Assembly (NCBI GenBank): GCA_036654415.1
Contig: JAVVSB010000002.1
Span: forward strand, 12,630 to 76,629
Direction of reading: 5' to 3'
From: Mucinivorans sp.
GTDB taxonomy: Bacteria; Bacteroidota; Bacteroidia; Bacteroidales; Rikenellaceae
Length of the DNA: 64,000 bases
Position 1 is the first letter of the stretch; the number at the start of each line of letters is the position of its first letter. Positions 46,615 to 56,259 of this stretch are shown here, one piece after another. Under the pieces are notes generated by a model. That model worked only from the letters and a program-made list of their open reading frames with translations. It was not told the origin of the DNA and did no database searches. Both the position numbers and the translations under genes were made by a program.

Positions 46615-46686
46615 TAGCCCCGACGGGAATCGAACCCATATCAATGGTACCGGAAACCATCATTCTATCCATTAAACTACAAGGCC
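46615..46686 (-). tRNA. tRNA-Arg(CCG)
   Basis: Cloverleaf GGCCTTG...ATGGT-TTCCGGT-ACCAT...ATGGG-TTCGATT-CCCGT-CGGGGCT-A; CCA not encoded; TACATTTG box at 46697-46704. Confidence 0.9.
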
Positions 46687-46720
46687 TTGTAGGCGACAAA
46701 TGTACTATTTTTTTGGTGAA

Positions 46721-47722
46721 TCACAAAATATTGCTTTGGTAGACCACCTCCGCAGGAATCACTACCATGGGTACATCTATGAGTCCATTATTTTTCGTGG
46801 CTGAGGTTGCAACATCCAAAGAGCTGCTATACTGATTAATAGCTCTTATCGTTTGTTTGATATACTCCTGTGGATTTTTATCCACGGTCATGGTCTGTTG
46901 TGATTTGAGTATGAGTTGGCGCGAGAGTTTGCTGTTGCCCTGTCCTGTGATAATAGGGTAGGGCCTATCGCCGAGTGCTGTAATAACCTCGACCACCCCC
47001 TGCGCCATAAGGTCGCTGGAGGTCAAAATGGCATCTGGTAGCGACCCATCTGCGTAGTAGGTATGGAGTATATTTTGGAAATAGGCCATTGTCTGCTCCT
47101 TGGACCACCCTCCCACCGAGTTCTCTGCCATGGTTGTGTGGCCGCTGGGCACGCTCCATAGGCCGCTGCTCACATTTTGTTGCACACACGACCACATCCC
47201 CTCGAAGAGCTCCTTGGAGTACAAATCGTTGGCCCCACCTGAGAGTATCTCAATGCGTCCACCCCTGGGGAGCTCTGCCACGGCCTTCCCCTCCATCCTC
47301 CCTATCTGGTGGCCATCGCAGGCGATAAATAGGTCCACATCCGGGGTCTCTTCTTGCAGCCGTTCGTAGCATATTATTTTGGTTCCCCCTCCTCGTACTT
47401 GGGCCAGGGCCTGGTTTATGGCCTTGGAGTGGGGGTCCAAGCTCACCAGCACCATCGAACTCAAGTTTAGGTCAACCACACTTTGAATGGCCTCTACCTG
47501 TTGCTGAACATCATTTGAAATATCGACATAGACTTCATAATCATGCTCGCCCAAGGCTAGGGTTATCGAGTTTAGCTCGCTTAACCACCGTGGATTATCG
47601 TCGGCCGGAAATAGCAGAGCCACCGAGCCATCACTCCATGGAGCAAAGTCCGAGGTGGCTCCACAGCCCACCATAAGGGCCATCAGAGGCCCCAGGAGCA
47701 TAATTTTTATTAGATTTATCAT
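46721..47722 (-). CDS. ChvE/XylF-like periplasmic sugar-binding lipoprotein (no ABC genes nearby)
   Basis: Lipobox LMVGC; PRW, IICYER, GGANDLYS, GWS, DAILTSSD..AQGV, IITGQ, TMTVDK and NGLIDVP fit the type I binding-protein fold. Confidence 0.75.
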   Translation of the reverse strand: MINLIKIMLLGPLMALMVGCGATSDFAPWSDGSVALLFPADDNPRWLSELNSITLALGEHDYEVYVDISNDVQQQVEAIQSVVDLNLSSMVLVSLDPHSKAINQALAQVRGGGTKIICYERLQEETPDVDLFIACDGHQIGRMEGKAVAELPRGGRIEILSGGANDLYSKELFEGMWSCVQQNVSSGLWSVPSGHTTMAENSVGGWSKEQTMAYFQNILHTYYADGSLPDAILTSSDLMAQGVVEVITALGDRPYPIITGQGNSKLSRQLILKSQQTMTVDKNPQEYIKQTIRAINQYSSSLDVATSATKNNGLIDVPMVVIPAEVVYQSNIL

Positions 47723-48306
47723 TTTGTCAGTGGGGCTGTGGCCATCAATACTTGGTATATTTTTTGGCAGACCCAGGCATCCATGGCTGCATACTCCTGC
47801 TGAGCGGGGGTTAGTCGTGCGGCCTCCCAGTTGCTCAGACGCTGAGCCTTACTGATTTTAATCTCCAACACAATGGCTCCCATCTTTTTGACGCTTTTGT
47901 CCTGTATGCCCCAGCGGGCCACTATTTTTTGCAGGTCAACAAAGCCTCCAGGCTCAAAGGGCACCTGTTTTTGCAACCCTTTTATATCGTCGTTGATGGC
48001 AGCACCAATCTTTAGAACTCGTTTGTCGGAGAGCACTCTCACCACACCCGCTGAGAGGGGGCATAGTAGCAGTCGGAAAAGTATGGCCACCCGCGGTGTT
48101 GAAATCTGGAGCAGCGACATCCTGTAGCTCACTCCGCGGGCAAAGGCGGGGCGGGTTTCGGTGTCGAAGCCCAAGAGTGGTTCACCCTGTAAAATCTGCT
48201 CGGCCTGGGCCATAGTTTGTGGCGAATCGACCACCAAAATCTCACCATCGAAATGGGGAGTGGGTAGCAGGGAGAGCTCTTGTGGTGATATGGTAGAGAG
48301 AAACAT
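47719..48306 (-). CDS. 3'-5' exonuclease (RNase D/WRN-like DEDDy)
   Basis: LGFDTET, SLLQIS, VDLQ, SNWE...QQEYAAMDA. Confidence 0.9.
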   Translation of the reverse strand: MFLSTISPQELSLLPTPHFDGEILVVDSPQTMAQAEQILQGEPLLGFDTETRPAFARGVSYRMSLLQISTPRVAILFRLLLCPLSAGVVRVLSDKRVLKIGAAINDDIKGLQKQVPFEPGGFVDLQKIVARWGIQDKSVKKMGAIVLEIKISKAQRLSNWEAARLTPAQQEYAAMDAWVCQKIYQVLMATAPLTK

Positions 48307-48529
48307 GGTGCGAAGTTACGCTTTTTTTGCGAAAAACCACATAGCGAAGCGAAGCGGGGCATCTCGGTAAAAGTTTTTGGATGACTTTTTCTCTCCACAC
48401 CTGCCCCCGAGAAGTATCTTCACAGCTCTACTAAAAAAGGCTCAATAGAGCTCCCCACCACTTGAGTTTCTCAATTCCACATATTTTATTTACCTTTGCC
48501 CCCAAAATACTAAAAGTAAAAACAGACAA

Positions 48530-49096
48530 ATGGCAACAACAGCAGACATTAAAAACGGAATGTGTATTGAGTTCAACGGCAAAACATATTTCATCGTAGA
48601 GTTTCAGCACGTAAAACCAGGTAAAGGACCAGCCTTTGTGCGTACCAAATTGCGTAACCTCGAAAACGGACGAACCATCGACAATACCTTTACCGCTGGC
48701 GTGGCCATTGAACCCGTCAGGGTTGAACGACGCCCCTACCAATACCTCTACGAGGATGACTTGGGCTGCAACTTTATGCACACTGAAACCTTTGAACAGA
48801 TTCATATCGACCGCAACCTTATCGAAAACAACGACCTGATGAAAGAGGGCCAAGTGCTCGAGGTTATGTTCCATACCGAAAAGGATATAGTCCTTTCGGC
48901 CGAACTGCCCCCCCTTATTGAGATGGAGGTGGTCTACACCGAACCTGGTTTCAAGGGGGATACGGCCAGCAGTAACAGCCTAAAACCTGCCGAGGTCGAA
49001 ACTGGAGCCACCGTGCGCGTTCCGCTATTCATTGGCGTGGGCGAGAAGATTCGCGTGGATAGCCGCACACGCGAGTACTACGAACGTATCAAATAA
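48530..49096 (+). CDS. efp: Elongation factor P
   Basis: [15 protein letters not shown] and VPLFI; TACCTTTG box at 48491-48498. Confidence 0.97.
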   Translation: MATTADIKNGMCIEFNGKTYFIVEFQHVKPGKGPAFVRTKLRNLENGRTIDNTFTAGVAIEPVRVERRPYQYLYEDDLGCNFMHTETFEQIHIDRNLIENNDLMKEGQVLEVMFHTEKDIVLSAELPPLIEMEVVYTEPGFKGDTASSNSLKPAEVETGATVRVPLFIGVGEKIRVDSRTREYYERIK

Positions 49097-49195
49097 GAAG
49101 GGAATCCAAAAAAATTATTTTTTCTTTTTCGCCCCCAAAAAGCCTCTGGGAAAATATGATTTTTAGACATCACCCGTTAAAAATAACAAACTATC

Positions 49196-50800
49196 ATGTC
49201 AGAATTTAAGTATCAAGAGCCATTTCCGCTCTCAGGCGACACCACCGAGTACCGCCTTTTGACCAAGGAGTATGTAAGCGAAGTGGAGTGCGATGGGCGC
49301 AAGATTTTGAAGGTCGACCCCCGTGCTCTGGAGCTCCTCTCCAAGGAGGCCTTTAGCGATGTGTCGTTCTACCTTAGGGCTTCGCATCTTGAGAAGTTGG
49401 TCTCTATTCTGAGCGACCCTGAAGCCTCAGATAACGACAAATTTGTGGCCTACACCTTGTTGCTCAACCAGGTGGTCTCGGCCCAGGGTGAGCTACCCAC
49501 CTGCCAGGATACAGGTACAGCCATCGTCTCGGCCTACAAGGGCGAGAATGTCTACACTGGAGTCAACGATGCCGAACGACTCTCTAAGGGGGTCTACGAC
49601 ACCTACCAGGAGCGCAATCTCCGTTTTTCTCAGGTTGTCCCCTTCTCCATGACGCAGGAGAAAAACAGTGGCAACAACCTGCCCGCCCAAATTGACATCT
49701 ACGCCACCGAGGGTAGCTGCTATAAGTTCCTCTTTATGACCAAGGGTGGAGGTTCGGCTAACAAGACCTACCTCTATCAGCAGACCAAGGCTCTGCTTAC
49801 AGAAGAGGGGCTCACCAACTTTATTAAGAGCAAGATTAGCGACCTAGGTACGGCCGCTTGCCCCCCATACCACCTAGCGGTGGTTATTGGTGGCACCAGT
49901 GCCGAGGCCAATTTGGCTGCTGTCAAAAAAGCATCGGCCCACTATTATGACAACCTGCCCACCTCGGGTAATGATGGGGGGCGTGCCTTCCGCGATGTGG
50001 AGTGGGAAGAGAAAATCACCAATATCTGTCGTCAAAGCGGTGTTGGAGCTCAATTTGGGGGCAAGTATTTGGTGCATGATGTGCGGGTGATACGCCTGCC
50101 TCGCCATGCAGCCTCGTGCCCCGTTGGCATTGGGGTTAGCTGCTCGGCCGACCGTAATATTAAGGCCAAAATCACAGGTGAGGGCATCTTTTTGGAACAG
50201 TTAGAGAAAAACCCAGCCCGTTTCCTTCCTGCTGTGGCTCCTTATCTGGCTCCAGCTGTGGAGATTGACCTTGACAAGGGGATGGATGCAGTGCGTGCCG
50301 AACTATCTAAATACCCCATCAAGACACGCCTTAATGTGCGTGGTACGTTGATTGTGGCTCGCGATATTGCCCATGCCGAGATTAAGAAATTGGTTGACGC
50401 TGGTGGTGCGATGCCCGAATATTTCAAGAACCACCCCATCTACTACGCTGGCCCCGCCAAAACCCCTAAGGGGATGGCCTCGGGTAGCTTTGGCCCTACT
50501 ACGGCTGGCCGTATGGACCCCTATGTTGACCTGTTCCAATCTATGGGCGGCTCGATGATTATGGTGGCCAAGGGTAACCGTAGCAAGGCGGTAACTGATG
50601 CTTGTCAAAAGCATGGAGGCTTCTACTTGGGCTCCATTGGTGGCCCTGCCGCTGTCTTGGCCAAGAACAGTATCAAGTCGGTCGAGGTTGTGGACTTCCC
50701 CGAGTTGGGCATGGAGGCTGTGCGTAAAATTTATGTCGAGAATTTCCCTGCTTTTATCATTGTGGATGACAAGGGTAACGACTTTTTTGCCGCTCTATAA
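49196..50800 (+). CDS. fumA: Class I (Fe-S) fumarate hydratase
   Basis: [24 protein letters not shown]. Confidence 0.93.
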   Translation: MSEFKYQEPFPLSGDTTEYRLLTKEYVSEVECDGRKILKVDPRALELLSKEAFSDVSFYLRASHLEKLVSILSDPEASDNDKFVAYTLLLNQVVSAQGELPTCQDTGTAIVSAYKGENVYTGVNDAERLSKGVYDTYQERNLRFSQVVPFSMTQEKNSGNNLPAQIDIYATEGSCYKFLFMTKGGGSANKTYLYQQTKALLTEEGLTNFIKSKISDLGTAACPPYHLAVVIGGTSAEANLAAVKKASAHYYDNLPTSGNDGGRAFRDVEWEEKITNICRQSGVGAQFGGKYLVHDVRVIRLPRHAASCPVGIGVSCSADRNIKAKITGEGIFLEQLEKNPARFLPAVAPYLAPAVEIDLDKGMDAVRAELSKYPIKTRLNVRGTLIVARDIAHAEIKKLVDAGGAMPEYFKNHPIYYAGPAKTPKGMASGSFGPTTAGRMDPYVDLFQSMGGSMIMVAKGNRSKAVTDACQKHGGFYLGSIGGPAAVLAKNSIKSVEVVDFPELGMEAVRKIYVENFPAFIIVDDKGNDFFAAL

Positions 50801-50818
50801 TATTGGTATAAACTTTCT

Positions 50819-50861
50819 AAAGGGAGCCACCTGCTTTAAGTAGAGGTGGCCCCCTTTTTTT
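50819..50861 (+). terminator. Intrinsic terminator
   Basis: GGGAGCCACCT/AGGTGGCCCC stem followed by a T run. Confidence 0.72.
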
Positions 50862-50907
50862 GTGGTTATGCTGATTTTTTTTACCTTTGACACCCTCTGA
50901 TGGCTTA

Positions 50908-50999
50908 GAGGCTGTTTTAATTTGTTCTCAAAATTTTATTACTGCTATTTTTTCGCTGATTTGCCGAAGGGTCATAGTTCAATTAAAAATAAAAAACAG
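50908..50999 (+). mobile_element. MITE-like element in the 5' UTR of the heavy-metal RND gene
   Basis: TTA-GAGGCTGTTTTAATTTGTTCTCAAAATTTTATTACTGCTATTTTT (near-identical to the 20741 end); ends AAAAAACAG directly before ATG 51000. Confidence 0.7.
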
Positions 51000-53900
51000 A
51001 TGCTCAATAAAATAATACAGCTCTCCCTGCGCAATAGGGTGGTGGTTATGATTCTGGCGGTGGTGTTGCTACTTTGGGGTAGCTACACGGCCGCCCGTAT
51101 GGAGGTGGATGTCTTTCCCGATTTAACGGCCCCCACGGTGGTGGTTATGACCGAGGCATCGGCCTTGCCAGCCGAAGATGTGGAGCGGCTGGTGACCTTT
51201 CCTATCGAGACCTCGCTCAACGGGGCCACCGATGTGCGTCGGGTGCGGAGCAACTCCACCACAGGTTTCTCTGTGGTCACGGTGGAGTTTGACTGGGGGA
51301 CCGATATTTTCCGTGCTCGCCAGACTGTGGCCGAAAAGCTCGCTTCGCTCTCCACGGAACTTCCCGCGGGGGTTAGTGCGCCCATCATAGCCCCCCAATC
51401 TTCGCTGCTTGGCGAGGTGTTGGTCTTGGGGCTTACCTCCACGGGTTCCACCACCATGGAGCAGTTGCGTACCCTGGCCGACTGGACCCTCCGTCCGCGG
51501 CTGCTCTCAACGGGTGGTGTGGCCCAGGTGACGGTGGTGGGTGGCGACATCAAGGAGTACCAGGTGAATCTAAACCCGCTGCTTATGCAGAGTTATGACA
51601 TTACCCTGCAACAGGTCGAGGATGCCCTAGATGGGATATGCTCCGACGGTTCGGGGGGTGTGGTGGACGAGTGGGGTAGTGAATTTATTGTCAGGGCCAT
51701 GGTGCGTAGCAACAAGGTCGAGGATTTGGCCCTGACCGTTGTGGGGCTCGACTCTATGGGACAGCCTGTGCAGCTGGGCGATGTGGCTAAGGTAACCATC
51801 GGTAGCCACACCCCCAAGATGGGCGATGCCTCGGTGAAGATGGCCCCCGCCGTGCGACTCTCAATCACCAAGCAGCCCGCCACGGGTACCATTGAGCTCA
51901 CGCAACGCTTAGAGAAGGTTATCAATGAGCTACGCGCTAGCTTACCCCCCGATGTGGTGCTTTCGGAGGATATTTTCCGCCAGGAGACCTTTATCCAAAG
52001 TTCGCTGGATAACATCACCAAGGCCTTGGCCGAGGGTGGGGTGTTGGTGGTGCTTATCTTGATGCTCTTTTTGGGTAACTGGCGCACCACCATCATCTCG
52101 TTGCTGGCCATCCCGCTCTCCTTGCTCTTTTCGATGATAGTGCTCAATATGTTGGGTATGTCGCTCAACACGATGAGCCTGGGGGGTATGGCCATCGCCA
52201 TAGGCTCCTTGGTGGATGATGCTATTATAGACGTTGAAAATGTATTCCACCGCCTACGCGAGAACCGTGGGCGTCGCCCTGCCTTAGAGGTTATATACGA
52301 GGCCTCGACCGAGATTCGTAGTGCCATCTGGGGGGCCACGCTCATTATCATGGTCACCTTCCTACCGCTATTTTTCCTTGGTGGTATGGAGGGGCGTATG
52401 TTGCAGCCGTTGGGGGTGGCCTTCATAGTTTCGCTCTTTGCCTCCATGGTGGTGGCCATCACCCTGACCCCTGTGCTAGGGAGTTATCTGTTGGCCAGCC
52501 CCAAGATGTTGGCCCGACACGCGGGTGATGTGTGGGCTGTCAGAGTGCTTAAAAAATGGTATTCAAGGGCACTTGAGGTGGCCCTGCGCCACGGCAAGGT
52601 GGTGGTGGGGTCGGCGGTGGCTCTCTTTGTTGGGGCCTTAGGCCTGTTTTTCACCTTGGGCCACGACTTTTTACCACCCTTTAACGAAGGGTCCATGGCC
52701 ATTGCTATATCCTCCACCCCTGGCATCTCGCTCGATGGGAGCCGTCAGATAGCCTCCTTGGCCGAGGCCGAACTGATGCAGATTCCTGAGGTTGTGACTG
52801 TCTCGCGCAAGACTGGTCGAGCCGAGTTGGACGAACATGCTTTGGGCACAAGTACCTCGGAGATTGATGTCCCCTTTGTGCTCAAAGGGCGCTCGCGTGA
52901 GGAGCTTTTCGAGGATGTGCGTGGCCGATTGGGGGCTATCAAGGGCATCGCTGTGGAGATTGGGCAGCCCATTTCGCACCGTATCGACCTGCTGCTGAGT
53001 GGCACACGTAGCAACATAGCCATTAAGCTATTTGGCCCCTCGCTCACAGAGCTTTTCCGTCTTGGCAACCAGATTAAGGGGGCCATCACTGGCATCGAGG
53101 GGTTGGTGGATATAAATGTCGAACAGCAGGTCTCGCGTGCTGAGTTGCAGATTATCCCGCGGCGCGAGCAGCTGGCCGCCGCGGGCCTCAGGCCTGGTGC
53201 CCTTGCTAATGTGGTGGAACTGGCCCTTTCGGGCAAGGTAGTGGGGCAGGTCTACGAGCAGGGGCGTAACTTTGATTTGGTAGTCAAATATGACAGTCTG
53301 AGTAGCAGCACAGCCGCCCAGATTGCTGATATGTTGGTCGATAGCCCAAGTGGCAAAATCCCGTTAGGCGAGCTGGCCCAGGTGGTGCCCAGCTCGGGTC
53401 CTAATGCCATCTCTCGCGAGAATGTATCGCGCAAGATAGTGGTCTCTGGTAATGTCGAGGGGGCTGACTTAATGGGTGTTGTGGGACAGATAGAAGAGCG
53501 TGTGGCTCAGCAAGTTACCCTCCCCCAGGGGTACCATGTGGAGTACGGTGGACAGGCCCAGAGCCAGAGCGAAGCCTCGCGCACGCTGCTGCTGACATCG
53601 TTGCTGGCCATTTTGGTGGTCTTTATGCTTTTGTATCGTGAATTCCGCAGTTGGCGCCTAGCTTGGGTGGTCATGCTCAACCTGCCTTTGGCACTGATTG
53701 GTGGGGTGCTGACCATTGCTCTGACCTCTGGGGTGGTGAGTATCCCCTCTATAATTGGTTTTATCTCGCTCTTTGGCATCGCCACGCGTAATGGTATCCT
53801 ACTCATTTCGCACTACGAACATCTGGGAGCTGAGCCTCTGCGCGAGCGTGTACTCAAGGGGTCAATCGACCGTATTAGCCCCATTGTAATGACAGCTCTG

Positions 53901-54062
53901 ACCTCGGGGTTGGCCCTTGTGCCCCTGGCCCTGGGTGGCTCATTGCCAGGTAACGAAATTCAGAGCCCCATGGCCATTGTTCTGCTAGGTGGGCTGCTGA
54001 GCTCGACCCTGCTCAACCTTTTTGTTATTCCAGTTGTCTACTCTTTAACCTCAAAAAAATGA
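51000..54062 (+). CDS. CusA/CzcA-type heavy-metal RND permease
   Basis: VDVFPDL, GSLVDDAIIDVEN, GIATRNGI, RISPIVMT; TACCTTTG box at 50882-50889. Confidence 0.9.
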   Translation: MLNKIIQLSLRNRVVVMILAVVLLLWGSYTAARMEVDVFPDLTAPTVVVMTEASALPAEDVERLVTFPIETSLNGATDVRRVRSNSTTGFSVVTVEFDWGTDIFRARQTVAEKLASLSTELPAGVSAPIIAPQSSLLGEVLVLGLTSTGSTTMEQLRTLADWTLRPRLLSTGGVAQVTVVGGDIKEYQVNLNPLLMQSYDITLQQVEDALDGICSDGSGGVVDEWGSEFIVRAMVRSNKVEDLALTVVGLDSMGQPVQLGDVAKVTIGSHTPKMGDASVKMAPAVRLSITKQPATGTIELTQRLEKVINELRASLPPDVVLSEDIFRQETFIQSSLDNITKALAEGGVLVVLILMLFLGNWRTTIISLLAIPLSLLFSMIVLNMLGMSLNTMSLGGMAIAIGSLVDDAIIDVENVFHRLRENRGRRPALEVIYEASTEIRSAIWGATLIIMVTFLPLFFLGGMEGRMLQPLGVAFIVSLFASMVVAITLTPVLGSYLLASPKMLARHAGDVWAVRVLKKWYSRALEVALRHGKVVVGSAVALFVGALGLFFTLGHDFLPPFNEGSMAIAISSTPGISLDGSRQIASLAEAELMQIPEVVTVSRKTGRAELDEHALGTSTSEIDVPFVLKGRSREELFEDVRGRLGAIKGIAVEIGQPISHRIDLLLSGTRSNIAIKLFGPSLTELFRLGNQIKGAITGIEGLVDINVEQQVSRAELQIIPRREQLAAAGLRPGALANVVELALSGKVVGQVYEQGRNFDLVVKYDSLSSSTAAQIADMLVDSPSGKIPLGELAQVVPSSGPNAISRENVSRKIVVSGNVEGADLMGVVGQIEERVAQQVTLPQGYHVEYGGQAQSQSEASRTLLLTSLLAILVVFMLLYREFRSWRLAWVVMLNLPLALIGGVLTIALTSGVVSIPSIIGFISLFGIATRNGILLISHYEHLGAEPLRERVLKGSIDRISPIVMTALTSGLALVPLALGGSLPGNEIQSPMAIVLLGGLLSSTLLNLFVIPVVYSLTSKK

Positions 54063-55219
54063 AAAAACAGATATTAACCCTTCTTTTTTTGCTCACCCTT
54101 GGTGGGCAGGTTTGGGGGCAGAACTATTCCGAATTTATGGGGCGTGTGGTGGCTCAGAGTGCTCAGATTCATGCTCTTAGGGCCACGCTTTCGGCCGACT
54201 CTCTGGGGCTGCGCCGTGGGCTCAACCCATTGGACCCGTCGCTCTCGGTGGACTATTTTATGGATGGGGAGCAGAGTTTTGAGTTCAAGGTGGAGCAGAA
54301 TTTCGACTTCCCCACCCTCTACCACCAGCGCAATAAGCTCTCACGCCTGTCGGTGGAGCGGTCGCAGGCACAGTTTCGTGCTGACCGCTTTGCCCTGCTC
54401 ACCACTGCCTCGGACCGCTACATTGCCATGGCTTGGGCCCAAAGGCAGGTAGCACTGCTCCAGGGGCGTGCCGATGAGTTGGAGCAGATGCTCGCCCTGT
54501 CGACTAAGTCGCTCTCGGGGGGCAACACCACCGCCCTGGAGCAGTCCAAAATCGAGATGCTCCTACGCGAGTGCAAGGTTAGCCTTGTGGGGCAGCTCTC
54601 GGAGCTATCGCAGGCCTACAAGGCCCTTAGGCAGCTGGGCTACCCCATTGATTCATCGCGAATTGAGGTGCCTACATTCACCTTTAGCGGCTCCGCCCAG
54701 GAGTTTGTGCAGGTGGCCATGGCCTGTAACAACGAACTTGAGGCCCTGCGTGTGGACTCCTTGGTGGGGGTGCACCGTACCCGTTTGGCGCGCCAAGAGT
54801 GGATTCCGCAGGTGGTGTTGGGTTACCGTTTAAACCGCGACCAGGGGGTCCTGCGCCACGGCCTAGTGGCTGGTATCACCCTGCCACTGTGGGGCAACCG
54901 CAATAATGTGCGTCAGGCCAAGGCCCTATCGGTGGCCTCCCAGGCCGCGCGCCAAAGCCGCGAGCAGCAGATACAGATGAGTTTGGAGAATCTCTACCAG
55001 GCCTATCAAAGTGCCCAGCAGAGTTTGGCTCAGATAGATAAGATGGACATAGAAAATTATGACCAGCTGCTCAATAAAAGTTTCCGCGCGGGGCAGATTA
55101 ACGCTATCGATTTTTTGCGCGAGCGTGGCGATGTGTTTGCCATGCAGCAGCAGCGTCTCTCCTTGGGGGGGGCACTGTCGCAGATTGAGGCTATGATGGC
55201 ACTGCTGCTTTGGCAATAG
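54059..55219 (+). CDS. TolC-family outer-membrane protein
   Basis: Signal peptide, GITLPLW, AGQINAIDF; ATGA overlap with the RND gene. Confidence 0.85.
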   Translation: MKKQILTLLFLLTLGGQVWGQNYSEFMGRVVAQSAQIHALRATLSADSLGLRRGLNPLDPSLSVDYFMDGEQSFEFKVEQNFDFPTLYHQRNKLSRLSVERSQAQFRADRFALLTTASDRYIAMAWAQRQVALLQGRADELEQMLALSTKSLSGGNTTALEQSKIEMLLRECKVSLVGQLSELSQAYKALRQLGYPIDSSRIEVPTFTFSGSAQEFVQVAMACNNELEALRVDSLVGVHRTRLARQEWIPQVVLGYRLNRDQGVLRHGLVAGITLPLWGNRNNVRQAKALSVASQAARQSREQQIQMSLENLYQAYQSAQQSLAQIDKMDIENYDQLLNKSFRAGQINAIDFLRERGDVFAMQQQRLSLGGALSQIEAMMALLLWQ

Positions 55220-55223
55220 AGTG

Positions 55224-56183
55224 ATGAGCAGGTTCAATATAGCCCCCCTTTTGCAGCTGGCTCAGACCTTGCGTGGTGCCGATTTCGGGGCTATTAAGTC
55301 CCAGGCCGCCAAGGATAACCCCTGGTTTACCGAGCCCATGATTGACTATGCTATGCAGGCCATCTTGCACGAACTCTTGGACGAGCGTAAGCTACGTGAG
55401 TGGCTGAGTTCCTACGACCGTCCGCACTCTTGGCGTGCTGGTAGGGTGGGTATTGTAGCTGCGGGCAACCTGCCGATGGTGGGTTTTTACGACCTGCTCT
55501 GTGCGGTGGCCGTGGGCCACAGCGTCTCGCTCAAGTGCTCCAGTAAGGACGACATTTTGATGGCTTATGTGGCCCAGGTGGTGGATTGGGATGTGGAGCT
55601 CACTACCCAGATTGACCCCTATGATGTGGATATGGTTTTGGCCACAGGTGGCGATGGGGCCATGGAGTACTTCCGCAGCCATTTTACCACCATCCCCCTA
55701 CTCTTGCGCGGCCACAAGGAGAGTGCCGCCATCGTCTCGACAGAGCTCAGTGGGCAGCAGGTGGCTCTTTTGGCCGATGATATGTTTTTATATTGGGGTC
55801 GAGGTTGCCGCAGTGTGTCGCATCTGTTTGTGGAGAGTGGGGTCGATGTGGCTGGACTGGTGGAGGCACTTGCGGCTCAGGGGGGGCGTTTTGCGTTGCC
55901 AGCTTTCCGCGACAACTATCGTTATCAGCGCGCACGGTTTGCCATGCAGGGGCAGGGGTATCTTGATGGGGGCTTTTTCCTGCTCTGCCCTCCGCTGCTG
56001 GATGTTGAGCCTGCGTTGGGGGTGGTCTACCTCCACAATGGTCTGCCCTCTGATGAGCAGATAGCCTCTTTTCAGTGCGTTGTGGGGCCAGGTTTTACCC
56101 CCTATGGGCAGGGACAGCACCCCGCATTGAGTGATGCGCCCGATGGGGTGGATGTGGTTGATTTTTTGCTACGGAGTTTTTAA
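55224..56183 (+). CDS. LuxC-like acyl-CoA reductase family protein
   Basis: NPWF, AGNLPMVG, KCSSKD, ATGG, GRGCRSV (catalytic Cys), GQGQHP. Confidence 0.8.
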   Translation: MSRFNIAPLLQLAQTLRGADFGAIKSQAAKDNPWFTEPMIDYAMQAILHELLDERKLREWLSSYDRPHSWRAGRVGIVAAGNLPMVGFYDLLCAVAVGHSVSLKCSSKDDILMAYVAQVVDWDVELTTQIDPYDVDMVLATGGDGAMEYFRSHFTTIPLLLRGHKESAAIVSTELSGQQVALLADDMFLYWGRGCRSVSHLFVESGVDVAGLVEALAAQGGRFALPAFRDNYRYQRARFAMQGQGYLDGGFFLLCPPLLDVEPALGVVYLHNGLPSDEQIASFQCVVGPGFTPYGQGQHPALSDAPDGVDVVDFLLRSF

Positions 56184-56259
56184 GAGTTTTTTGTTATCAG
56201 TTTAGTTTGTTCAAGCTAAGGAAATTAAACATTTTCTTACTATCTTTGTCCCCTAAATT

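Noticed and set aside
46595-46699. N-terminal extension of the PPIase ORF
   Set aside because: It overlaps the tRNA gene; the signal peptide begins at ATG 46594.
46560-47722. tRNA-Arg as an integration site for an island carrying the binding-protein gene
   Set aside because: No integrase and no duplicated tRNA 3' end; the binding-protein gene is on the 5' side of the tRNA.
48344-48356. GCGAAGCGAAGCG short tandem repeat
   Set aside because: Only about 2.5 units of 5 bp; no evidence for phase variation.
50922-50999. N-terminal extensions of the heavy-metal RND gene (and of EEP, 3130-3246)
   Set aside because: They read through MITE sequence; the family-typical N-termini start at 51000 and 3129.
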